From an uncultured Acidobacteriota bacterium (GTDB taxonomy: Bacteria; Acidobacteriota; UBA6911): DNA of 64,000 nucleotides. The number at the start of each line of letters is the position of its first letter. The stretch's first letter is position 1. The notes beneath the pieces were generated by a model that was given only the letters and a program-made list of their open reading frames with translations, was not told the origin of the DNA and searched no databases. Below, one piece after another: positions 21,218 through 30,742 of the stretch. The translations under genes were made by a program, and so were the position numbers. The stretch covers positions 32,001 through 96,000 of the forward strand of contig CAWHCF010000020.1 in NCBI GenBank assembly GCA_963827655.1, given 5' to 3'.

Positions 21218-21514
21218 TCACAGGCGATCTCTCCAAATGTCTGGATGACGATGCTGGTGGAGCAGAGCAATAATCTCGATTCTTTCTTCGATAGCGCAGA
21301 AATACACAGAATAGGGGAAGCGATTGAGCAAGCCGCGTCTGATTCCCGGGTGGATTTCAGGGAATTGAAACGGGCTTCTGGTAATACGGCTCATTACATA
21401 GTCGACCTCTTCCAGAAATTCAGTTCCAAGAACCGAGCGCTGGTTTTCGTACCAGACGGCAGCAGCTTCGATGTCATGCTGTGCCTGAAGCCGAATGATG
21501 AGTTTCCTCATCAC
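21218..21514 (-). CDS. RelE/ParE-family toxin
   Basis: DIEAAAVWYE...RRGLLNRFPYSVYF...IIALLHQHRHP. Confidence 0.9.
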   Translation of the reverse strand: MMRKLIIRLQAQHDIEAAAVWYENQRSVLGTEFLEEVDYVMSRITRSPFQFPEIHPGIRRGLLNRFPYSVYFCAIEERIEIIALLHQHRHPDIWRDRL

Positions 21515-21762
21515 CGTTCAGGCTTGCGATGACCAAGTTTCAATCGGATTTCGTCGCGTACCTCGTCCCAGGGCCTTCCAGGCCGCGGATCGGCTTCATG
21601 GGCAGCGATACGCTCGTCAAGTACTCGCCGATGCCATTCGGGAACAGGAACCTGATCCGGCCTGGCTGCGATGCAGGCCCAGAGCGATTGAACGTAATCA
21701 ATTTGATCTTCAATAGAAAGATCATCGAAGCCCGGAGGAGGAAGCCGTAGCTTGTTCACCAT
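21511..21762 (-). CDS. Addiction-module antitoxin
   Basis: LSIEDQIDYVQSLW...PEWHRRVLDER...PWDEVR; overlaps the toxin start. Confidence 0.88.
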   Translation of the reverse strand: MVNKLRLPPPGFDDLSIEDQIDYVQSLWACIAARPDQVPVPEWHRRVLDERIAAHEADPRPGRPWDEVRDEIRLKLGHRKPER

Positions 21763-22004
21763 ACTCTTTGCCTCTGGAACGAAGTATAGTCTGAAGTTCC
21801 GGCGCGAAACGATCTTTTTGTCGGGCTAGGCCTCCTTTCTTGCTCACCACCTCCACCGGGAATATAGTTTCCCCGGCGACGCGGAAGTCGCGCCGGCCGG
21901 GGAAGACGGATGCCCCAAGATTCTCCGGCTCAATGGCGGAGGCCGGTGAGTGGGATCTTGAGCAAACGGGGCTTACGAGCAGGAAACGTTTCAGATGCGT
22001 GGCC

Positions 22005-22216
22005 GAACTGCTGGTTGCTTTTACGGACGGCGTGACCGAAGCGCTCAACGCTGAAGAGGAGGAGTTTGGCGAAGCGCGGCTGCAAGACGTTCTCGCGCGC
22101 TCGATGCACCTGCCGGTGCAAGAGGTAAGCCAGAGGTTCGTTCAGAGCATGAGTGATTGCATGGGCCGTGCGCCCCAGCACGATGACCCGACTTTATCGT
22201 CCTCAGAATCATGTGA
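22005..22216 (+). pseudogene. C-terminal fragment of a SpoIIE/PP2C phosphatase
   Basis: LVAFTDGVTEA...EEFGEARL...APQHDD with no N-terminal part. Confidence 0.75.
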
Positions 22217-22294
22217 GACCGGGGACGTACCCGGTTTTTCAGGCTTGCTTTTCCGACCCAGCCTCATTGAAACTTACTGCGCGGGGGATAGTCC

Positions 22295-22622
22295 ATGAAC
22301 ACCACGATTGCGCTGAAAGCCGGTCTGGCTGCGGTCATATCGGTGATGGCAGCACAGGCTTATACGGCCGTAGACATGCGAGTCGACCGCAACGTAGCCT
22401 ACGGAATGTATTCCGGGCTGGCGCTGTCGATGGACGTCTATTATCCGGAGAAGGCGAATGGAAACGGCGTTGCTTAAGGCAGGAGTGAAAGTGAAGCTCG
22501 TGAAAGTGCCCGGCGGCGGCCACGGACCCAGATTCGATGGCGCGAAGAATCCCCCGGACTACATCGGAGAGATGATCAGGTGGCTCGACCAGAACCTTCC
22601 GGCCGGGCAAAGTAATCCTTGA
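22295..22622 (+). pseudogene. Alpha/beta hydrolase with a large internal deletion
   Basis: N-terminus (signal, RNVAYGMYSGLALSMDVYYP) joined out of frame to a C-terminus (KAGVKVKLVKVPGGGHG...WLDQNL). Confidence 0.75.
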
Positions 22623-22655
22623 AAACGCTAATGCTCCCAGGCATGAGGCACGATT

Positions 22656-23804
22656 ATGAAACGCAGAACCTTCATGCAAATTCTCGCCACTTCGCCGCTG
22701 GCTTCATCCATCGGCAGCAGGCAAGCTGACGCCAGCGATATTCCTAAATACCTCATTGCCAGCGAGTACAAGCCTGCCGCCGAGCCCGGGATGCCGGGTC
22801 CCTATCGCGGGCAGGTCGTCTCCGTCAAGTCGGACAAGTGTCTCGGTGATAAAGGCGAGTCGATCAACGCCGAGGTTGTGCGCGAGATGATGGAACGTGG
22901 AATGCGCTCCTTGACCGGCGAGGCCAAGACACAGGACGCCTGGCGGCGTTTTTTCACGCCTGCGGATGTCGTCGGCATCAAGGTCAATTGCGGCGGACGC
23001 CCCTGGGTGGTCTCGTCGCACCCGATCGTGGCCGAAGTCGTGCGCAACCTGCTGGCCGTGGGGCTGAAACCGTCTCAGGTCTACGTCTACGAAAGGTTTC
23101 AGAACCAGCTTGATACGGTCAACTACGCGCCCCACCTTCCGGAAGGGGTGACCCTTTTTGCCGCCGAAAGAGGGAACCGTGGCGTCGATAACCAGAACTA
23201 CGATCCGCTGACTTACGTCGAGGCCGACTTCTTCGGCGAAGACGACACGCGCTCGAACATGATCCGGCTGATTTCGCAGCGGTTCACCAAAATCATCAAC
23301 ATCCCTAACATGAAGGATCACGGCGCCACGGGTGCGACGGGCTGTTTGAAGAACATCGCCTACGGCAGCTTTTCCAATGTCGCCCGCACACATTTCAAGG
23401 GCGTGTCGCACACCCTTTCATTCGTTGGAACGCTGGCCGGCGTGGAGCCGCTGCGATCGCGCACGGTGCTGCAGATCATGGACGGGCTGCGCGGCGTCTG
23501 GCACGGCGGGCCCTTCGCCCCGACGCTCAAGTACGTCTTTTTTCCCAAAACGATCATGTTCGGCACCGACCCGGTGGCGATAGACCGTCTGCTGCTTGAC
23601 ATCATCGACGACGAGCGCAAGCGGCACGGCGCGATCTCCATCTGGGATCGTTCCCCGCAGTCCTTGAACAACAGCCGCGCGCGCGATGCCGATCCCAACG
23701 TCAACATCCTGATCCGCGAGCCGGGGCACGTCGAGTATGCGGCCGGGCTTGGCCTGGGCATCGCCGACCTTAAGCAGATCAAGGTACGGGAGCTGGAAGT
23801 ATGA
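22656..23804 (+). CDS. DUF362 domain protein, Tat-exported
   Basis: MKRRTF Tat signal; DVVGIKVN, IINIPNMKDH, CLKN, GTDPVAID. Confidence 0.88.
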   Translation: MKRRTFMQILATSPLASSIGSRQADASDIPKYLIASEYKPAAEPGMPGPYRGQVVSVKSDKCLGDKGESINAEVVREMMERGMRSLTGEAKTQDAWRRFFTPADVVGIKVNCGGRPWVVSSHPIVAEVVRNLLAVGLKPSQVYVYERFQNQLDTVNYAPHLPEGVTLFAAERGNRGVDNQNYDPLTYVEADFFGEDDTRSNMIRLISQRFTKIINIPNMKDHGATGATGCLKNIAYGSFSNVARTHFKGVSHTLSFVGTLAGVEPLRSRTVLQIMDGLRGVWHGGPFAPTLKYVFFPKTIMFGTDPVAIDRLLLDIIDDERKRHGAISIWDRSPQSLNNSRARDADPNVNILIREPGHVEYAAGLGLGIADLKQIKVRELEV

Positions 23805-24736
23805 GGCTGTTTTTACTGCTGCTGAACCTGCCTCTGATCCTCTGGCAACAGGGCATCCAGACGGCGCCGGCATTGAAACAGGCAGGCCTCGAGCAGATAG
23901 CCGTGCCCCCGGAGCAAGCCGACGCCTGGCAAAAAGCCGGGTTCAAACCGGTGGCGATAGGCTCGGACGAGCTTGAGCGCCGCCAGCAGCTGCTGGCGCC
24001 TCGAGTGGCCGGGCGCACCAACGTTGCGTCGGCCACCCGCCGCCCCTGGATTGACGCCAACGGCTGGCGCTTTACGCGCAATCCGGCAGGCAAATTCTAT
24101 TATGATCTGCCGGCGGGAAGGGCGGCGCTCGCCGCCGCCGAAGCCTTCGCCTACAATGCGGATGCGGTTTTGAAGATCGATCCCGCCGATCTGGAGGAGG
24201 CAGGGAAGATGCTGGCCTTCCTGCGCAGCCTGCCGCAAGACACCTGGCCTCCGATCGCGGATCTGGCCGTGGTTGACGACGGTTCGCCGGAGCTCGACGA
24301 AGTCCTGAACCTGCTTGCCCGCCGCAATCTGCTTTTCCGGATCGTTTCGGACTCCGGGTCGCAATTTCCCATCACCATCAAACTCGGCACGAAAGATTAC
24401 CCAAAGTCGGAAGCCGCCGATCCCAGCGCCTTCGCGCAGAAGATTCGCCATCAACTTGGAGACGAAAAGCGATCCCTTCGCATCTACGGGACCGAGGTGG
24501 TAATCGGCCGACTCACCGGCGACGGAAAGCGGGCGCGCGTGCATCTGCTGAATTACAGCGGCCGTGAGGCCGACGGCTTGCGCGTCCGGTTGCGCGGCAT
24601 GTATGGCAAAGGCGAAGCGAGAGTATACGGTCACGACGGCGTCACATTCGCGGATTTCGTCGCGGCCGGGGGCGCGACGGAGTTCACGCTCCCGAGGATG
24701 GGTATTTACGCGATGGCTGAATTAACGGCGAAGTGA
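23801..24736 (+). CDS. Exported hypothetical protein coupled to DUF362
   Basis: ATGA overlap, signal peptide, RVHLLNY beta-sandwich-like C-terminus. Confidence 0.75.
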   Translation: MRLFLLLLNLPLILWQQGIQTAPALKQAGLEQIAVPPEQADAWQKAGFKPVAIGSDELERRQQLLAPRVAGRTNVASATRRPWIDANGWRFTRNPAGKFYYDLPAGRAALAAAEAFAYNADAVLKIDPADLEEAGKMLAFLRSLPQDTWPPIADLAVVDDGSPELDEVLNLLARRNLLFRIVSDSGSQFPITIKLGTKDYPKSEAADPSAFAQKIRHQLGDEKRSLRIYGTEVVIGRLTGDGKRARVHLLNYSGREADGLRVRLRGMYGKGEARVYGHDGVTFADFVAAGGATEFTLPRMGIYAMAELTAK

Positions 24737-25711
24737 ATCGCCGGGCCAGCGGATCATCTTCCAGGATCTCCCGGCTTCAGGCAAAAAGAAGATCACCTCG
24801 GTGGCCGGAAACTTCTGCCACGACCTTCGGCTCCATTCGACGCCCTGCACGTAAAACACGTTATCGAGCGCGTCGCCCGCCAGGCCGCTCTCGCTGACGA
24901 CCGCTACGCTCAGGATTCCTTCGACCGGCCGGCCGCTGCGCGGATCCATCACGTGTGAATAGCGCACGCCGGCAAGCTCGAAGGACTTTTCGTAACTGCC
25001 GGAGACCGACAGTGCTCGATTCTTCAAGCGCATGGTTGCGGCGGTTTTTGCAGGCTCAATCGGGTCCTGGATTTCCACCTCCCAGCCGTCCTGGTTCGGC
25101 GGAGCCCCCATCCCGTAGATCGTGCTGCCTCCCGCGCTGATGAGCGCGCTCGCGATGCCGTGCTGCTTGAGTACCGCGGCCGCGCGGTCGACCGCGTAGC
25201 CTTTGGCGATGCCGCCCAGGTCGAGCTCAACGCCCGCGCGGTCGAAATAGATGGTTCGCTCCTTGGCATTCACGATCACGTGCTGGTGGCCGACGGCGCG
25301 TCGCGCAGCGGCCAGCTCGTCCGGCGACGGCAGGCGCCCGTCGCCGGCAAAAAATCCCCAGGCCTTCATTAACGGGCCGACCGTGATGTCGAACGCGCCT
25401 TGGGATGCGGCGCTGTAGCGCAGACATTCGACGATGAAGTCGAATAACTCCGGTTCTACCTTCACCGGCTGACTAGCCGCCGTACGATTGAGACGCGACA
25501 GCGGACTATCCGGCTTGTAATGGCTCATTAACCGGTCGATACGATCGACCTCGTCGAGGGCGGCGTTCACCGCCTGGCGCAGTTGCTGCTGATCGGCGCC
25601 ATAGACGGCTATGGTGTAGGTGCAAGCCATCGAGACGCGGCTGTCTTCGTAGCGAATAAGCTCGCTGGCTTGCGGCGAGACGGCGAGCAAGATGATCAAA
25701 ATCCGAGACAC
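24722..25711 (-). CDS. apbE: FAD:protein FMN transferase
   Basis: GAFDITVGPL, LDLGGIAKGYAVD, SVSGSYE, YSHVMDPRSG; probable GTG start. Confidence 0.9.
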   Translation of the reverse strand: MSRILIILLAVSPQASELIRYEDSRVSMACTYTIAVYGADQQQLRQAVNAALDEVDRIDRLMSHYKPDSPLSRLNRTAASQPVKVEPELFDFIVECLRYSAASQGAFDITVGPLMKAWGFFAGDGRLPSPDELAAARRAVGHQHVIVNAKERTIYFDRAGVELDLGGIAKGYAVDRAAAVLKQHGIASALISAGGSTIYGMGAPPNQDGWEVEIQDPIEPAKTAATMRLKNRALSVSGSYEKSFELAGVRYSHVMDPRSGRPVEGILSVAVVSESGLAGDALDNVFYVQGVEWSRRSWQKFPATEVIFFLPEAGRSWKMIRWPGDSLRR

Positions 25712-25788
25712 AGCCCGGATGATACAAGAGTTCCTGAGCGACGACAATCTGTCGTCGGATCGACCTTCGTTCGCGAAGTCCTCGTCGC

Positions 25789-25822
25789 GCATTCCTTCGA
25801 GTCTTCGTGTCTTGGCGGTATT
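25789..25822. repeat. Family A repeat (reverse orientation)
   Basis: ttccttcgagtcttcgtgtcttggcggta. Confidence 0.65.
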
Positions 25823-25904
25823 TTTTTGAAAGATGTGTTGACGCATGGTCGGGCGAAGATTTAGCATCGCCCCCAAACCTCCCCCCCACCTTGAAGGAGG
25901 TCCT

Positions 25905-28900
25905 ATGGTTCCCCGTCTGCATATGTGGTTCGTGGTGTTGCTTTGTTCCGCCGTATCGCTTTTCGCCCAGGGCGACCGTGGTACGATCGCGGGCCTGGTA
26001 AAGGATGCGAGCGGTGCCGTTATTCCCGGGGGCACGATCGAGGCCGTGCAGCAGGGCACGAACCTCAAAGCCGAGACGGTAACGACGACCACCGGTGTGT
26101 ATCGTCTCCTCGCGCTTCCCATCGGCAGGTACACGGTGACCGCCACCGTGCCTGGCTTCCAGAGCCATGTAGTGCAGGACGTCCAGGTGCAGGTCAACCA
26201 GACCACTACCATCGACATCAGCCTGACGGTCGGCCAGGTGGCTGAGACGGTGACGATCACGGGCGCTGCTCCGCTGATTCAGACCGAGAGCGCCGACGTC
26301 GGCCTCGTGGTCGAGTCGAAGCGCTTCCTGGAACTGCCGCTCACGATGGGAGGCGGCATCCGCAACCCGTCGAGCTTCATCAAGCTCTCGCCCGGGGTAG
26401 ACCCGCGCAGCACGTGGACCAAATCGATCAGCGGCGGCGGGTCCTTCACCGACATGACCTATTACGACGGAATCGCGCTCAGCCGCGGGGATCTGTCGAA
26501 CGACGCGCGAGGTGAACCCGTCGGTCGATGCGATCGAGGAGTTCAAGCTCATCACCAACAACTACTCGGCCGAGTATGCGCACGCCCTGGGCGCCATCAC
26601 GAGCTTCACCATGAAGAGCGGCACGAACCGCCTCCATGGCGCGGGCTTCTATTTCCTGCGCAACGAAGTGCTCGATGCCCGCGGGTTCTTCAACTCGAGA
26701 AGGGCGCCGGCAAAACAGAACGAGTGGGGCGGAACGCTGGGCGGCCCCGTCTTGATTCCCAAACTCTACGACGGCCGCGACAAGACCTTCTGGTTCTTCT
26801 CCTGGGATCAGTTTTACCTGCGCGGCGGACAATTGGCAGGGCTCAACACCTTGCCGACGGCGCTCATGCAGACCGGTGACTTCAGCGAGCTGCCGCGAAC
26901 GATCTACGATCCGACGACCACGCGCCTTGACGCGAGCGGCCGCACCATCCGGGATCCGTTCGAAGGCAATCGCATCCCGCAGAACCGCTGGAGCCGCGTG
27001 GCCTCGGCCATGCTGCCATTCCATCCCAAGCCCGAGCTTCCAGGGATCGTGAACAATTCGGTGGCGCCTCTCGGCAGCCCGATGACCGACCAGCTGACGA
27101 CGGGCTTCAAGATCGACCATATCATATCGCCCTCGCACCGCATCAGCGGCGTGTTCAACATGACGCACCGGCCATCGATCAAGAGTCCCGAGCCGTCGCG
27201 GCTGCTCTCCGTCGGCGACCCGACGGCGCTGACCAATTACAATTTCCAGGTGGTCACGACGCGGGTCATCCACATCAATATCGACAGCAGCCTCAGCCCG
27301 ACGACCATCAACCACATCGGCATCGGCTACTCCCGTTTCCGCAACCCGAACTTCAGCACGTCGTTCGAAAAGGGCTGGACCCAGCCCAACGGCGGGAAAC
27401 TCGGTCTTCAGGGGCTGCAGTTCGACCTCTTTCCGACCGTCATGTTCGGAACCGAGGGGTACACGCGCTATGGCGACGACATCGCCTCGGACAACTATTT
27501 CAACACCGGGACGCTGCTCGACACCCTGACGCTCGTCCGGCGCAATCACACGTTCAAGTTCGGCGGCGAGATCCAGCACCACCAGGATAATTATCGAAAC
27601 TTCGGAAACGGGGGCGGGTCGTTCACGTTCCGGCGCGAGTCGACCGGATTGCCGGGCGTCTCGGCCTCAGGCGACGCCTGGGCGAGCTTTCTGCTGGGGG
27701 AGACCTATTCCGGAAACGCGTTCTTCCGCGCCTCGCTGCCGGGCGGACGGTATGACAATATAGGCTTCTTCTTCGACGACACCTGGAAAGTGACCCCGAA
27801 GTTCACCCTGACGATGGGGTTTCGCTGGGAGATTGTCGTGCCCCACGACGACCCGCTGGGCCGGGTCTCGTACATGGACATCAACAGCCCGAACACCGCC
27901 GCCGGGAATCTTCCCGGCGCCATGGTATATGGCGGCGAGCAAGGCTTCGGCAACCGGTTCCTGGACATCCTCTGGTGGAACCCGGCGCCGCGACTGGGCC
28001 TGGCCTATCGGATGAATGAGAAGACCGTGATCCGCGCCGGAGCGGGGATCTTCAACTCCAACTACATCAACCAGGGGCTTGGACTCCCGAGTTTCGGGTT
28101 CTCCACTACGGCCTCGTTCGCCACGGCCGATAGCGGGATTACCCCGGCCTTCAACTGGGACAACGGTTTCCCGCAGGACTTCCGCCGTCCGCCGGTCATC
28201 GACCCGGTAGCCGCCAATGGACAGAGCGTCACAACCGTCCTGCCCGCCGAGTACGACCTTCCCTACACGCCTTCAGTGGAATCTGACCGTCGAGCGCCAG
28301 TTCTCCGATGATCTCGCGCTGAGCGTCTCGTATGTCGCCAACAAGGGAACCCATCTGTACGAGAGCCAGCAGCTCAACCAGCTGCCGCGGGAGTACTGGA
28401 ACCTGCCGCTCTCACTACTGCGGGCTCAGATCAACTCGCCGGCCGCTCAGGCCGCCGGGTTCCGGGAGCCGTTCCCAGGCTTCCTCGCTCTCTGGGGCTC
28501 CCGCGGCACGGTGGCGCAGGCGCTCCGGGCCTACCCGCAGTTCAACGGCGTCGGTATCTACGGCTCAACCTATGGCAACTCGAGCTACAATTCGTTTCAG
28601 TTCAAGCTCGACAAACGGTACCAGGGCGGCCTCTCCGCGACCGCGGCTTACACCTGGTCGAAATTCCTCACCGACGCGCGGCAGTTCGACTCGCTGTCAG
28701 GAAAGCAGGATGAGATGCTGCGCGAGAAGAGCTACCACCCGCTCGACCTCACCCATATCATGACGTTCAGCGTCAATTACCAGATTCCGCTGGGCCAGGG
28801 GCACAAGTTCATGTCCGATGGCATCAAGGCCCAGATCTTCGGCGGGTGGCAGGCCGCGCTGGTCAATGCCTACAACAGCGGCAGCCGCCTCGCTGTGACG

Positions 28901-29299
28901 GTCCCGAACACGCTGCCGTACTTTAACGGCGGTCTTCGGCCCGACCTGATATCCGGCAACATCAGGAGCGACGTCTCGATGTCGGACTTCGACCCTGCGA
29001 CGAACCTCTATCTGAACCGCGGCGCCTTCGCGCTGCCGGCAGATGGAGCCCTGGGGACCGCGCCACGCTACCTGGAAGTCCGCGGACCCGCGCGCCTGGA
29101 CGAGTCTTTTGCGCTGGTGAAGAATACCAGGGTCCGGGAAGGTCTCACGTACCAGTTCCGGATGGAGATCCTGAATCCACTGAACCGTGTGGTGTTCGGC
29201 GCTCCTGTCACCGACATCACGCAGGTCAACTTCGGGCGCATCTCGAGCACGCAGATCAACCCGCGGCAGATCCAGTTCGGGATGAAGCTGATCTTTTAG
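25905..29299 (+). CDS. TonB-dependent receptor (OAR-like), frameshifted near 26510 and 28270
   Basis: GTIAGLVKDASGA, PSVDAIEEF, KSGTN, DDTWK, APRLGLAY, PRQIQFGMKLIF; AAGGAGG RBS. Confidence 0.9.
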
Positions 29300-29325
29300 C
29301 ACCGAGACGCCGGAATCCCGAGACT

Positions 29326-29395
29326 TAGTGTTTCTTCGTGTCTTCGTGAGAGGTATTTGTTTCGCAGCGCTAACCACGAAGACACGAGACGCCAC
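29326..29395. repeat. Composite family A unit (inverted copy of 34355-34432)
   Basis: gtgtttcttcgtgtcttcgtg...gcgctaaccacgaagacacgagacgcca. Confidence 0.8.
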
Positions 29396-29458
29396 CGCCA
29401 CAAAATACCCAGTCAGGATGTGGTGGAAAATTCACCACCAGATGGCTAATATTCTGCC

Positions 29459-30694
29459 ATGTACCGGCGGAATGTGGACGCGAGATTGCGCGCGGCGTTG
29501 GCGGATACCCCGGTCGTACTGCTCAATGGCGCCCGGCAGACAGGAAAGAGCACGCTGGCGCACCAGCTGTCGGCGGATCTGGGCGGGCTTTACGTGACGC
29601 TTGACGATGCGACAGTGCTAGCCGGCGCGGTGGCCGATCCGGTTGGGTTCTTGAATAACCTCGAAGGCTTCGTTGTGATCGACGAAGTCCAGAAGGCTCC
29701 CGGGTTGTTTCCGGCCATCAAAAAGCAGGTGGATGTAGAACGCCGCCCAGGACGCTATCTTCTCACGGGCTCGGCGAACGTATTGCTCCTGCCACGCCTG
29801 TCCGAATCGCTGGCGGGCCGAATGGAGATTGTTACTCTCTGGCCCTTGTCACAGGGAGAGCTGGCAGGTCGTCGCGAAGGTTTTATTAGTGGATTGTTCT
29901 CGAGCCGCATGTCTCACCGCGTCAGAGCGGCGCCGGAGGATCGGCAGCTTGCCGCAAAAATTGCCACCGGAGGTTATCCCGAAGCGGTTGCACGGGATGA
30001 GGAGCCACGACGACAGGCATGGTTTGGCTCATACATCACCGCCATCCTCCAGCGTGATGTGCGAGATCTAGCTAACATTGAAGGATTGACCGAGATGCCT
30101 CGTCTACTGGCGTTGCTTGCCGCGCGCACGTCCGGCCTCATGAACACGGCGGAGCTATCGCGAGCATCCACAATCCCGCAGAGCACGCTCAAGCGTTACC
30201 TGACCCTCTTTGAAACGACTTACCTGCTCCAGCCCTTGCCCGCATGGACGGCCAACATTGGTAAGCGCCTCATTAAATCTCCCAAAATTCACCTCGTCGA
30301 TTGTGGCCTGGCATCCCATCTCACCGGTCAGACCGAAAAAAGAATCGTGAACGATCCGGTGATGCTTGGTCCTTTACTGGAAAGCTTTGTGGTAATGGAG
30401 CTGCGCAAGCAAGCTAGTTGGTCGGATGTCCGGGTATCGATTCATCATTTTCGCTCCGCTGCCGGGCGCGAGGTTGACATTGTGCTCGAAGATTCAAGCG
30501 GGCAAATCGTCGGCGTCGAGGTGAAAGCTGCCGGGAGCGTCGCAAAGAAAGATTTCGCCGGCCTCGAAGCGCTGGCCGAAGCCGCGGGAAAGAAGTTCCT
30601 GCGCGGCGTCGTGCTTTACAGCGGCGATTCTGTTGTGCCTTTCGGACCAAAGTATCAAGCGCTACCCGTCGGCAGCTTGTGGCGGATGGCCTGA
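29459..30694 (+). CDS. AAA ATPase with DUF4143 C-terminal domain
   Basis: GARQTGKST, IDEVQK, LTGSAN, ESLAGR, KSPKIHLVD, EVDIV...GVEVK. Confidence 0.92.
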   Translation: MYRRNVDARLRAALADTPVVLLNGARQTGKSTLAHQLSADLGGLYVTLDDATVLAGAVADPVGFLNNLEGFVVIDEVQKAPGLFPAIKKQVDVERRPGRYLLTGSANVLLLPRLSESLAGRMEIVTLWPLSQGELAGRREGFISGLFSSRMSHRVRAAPEDRQLAAKIATGGYPEAVARDEEPRRQAWFGSYITAILQRDVRDLANIEGLTEMPRLLALLAARTSGLMNTAELSRASTIPQSTLKRYLTLFETTYLLQPLPAWTANIGKRLIKSPKIHLVDCGLASHLTGQTEKRIVNDPVMLGPLLESFVVMELRKQASWSDVRVSIHHFRSAAGREVDIVLEDSSGQIVGVEVKAAGSVAKKDFAGLEALAEAAGKKFLRGVVLYSGDSVVPFGPKYQALPVGSLWRMA

Positions 30695-30712
30695 TCATTT
30701 TTCGAAAGGTAC

Positions 30713-30742
30713 TTAGCGTTTCGGTCGTGTCTTCGTGGTTAG
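30713..30742. repeat. Family A repeat containing the stop codon of the multiheme gene
   Basis: ttagcgtttcggtcgtgtcttcgtggttag. Confidence 0.7.

Noticed and set aside
23310-23355. TGAT in DUF362 (DHGATGATGCLKN) as an ApbE flavinylation site
   Set aside because: Falls within the family's own KxH...T..LKN motif, and the Asp spacing does not fit DxxTGAT
25712-26260. N-terminal extension of the 512-aa ApbE ORF
   Set aside because: Antisense to the TonB gene and crosses a repeat
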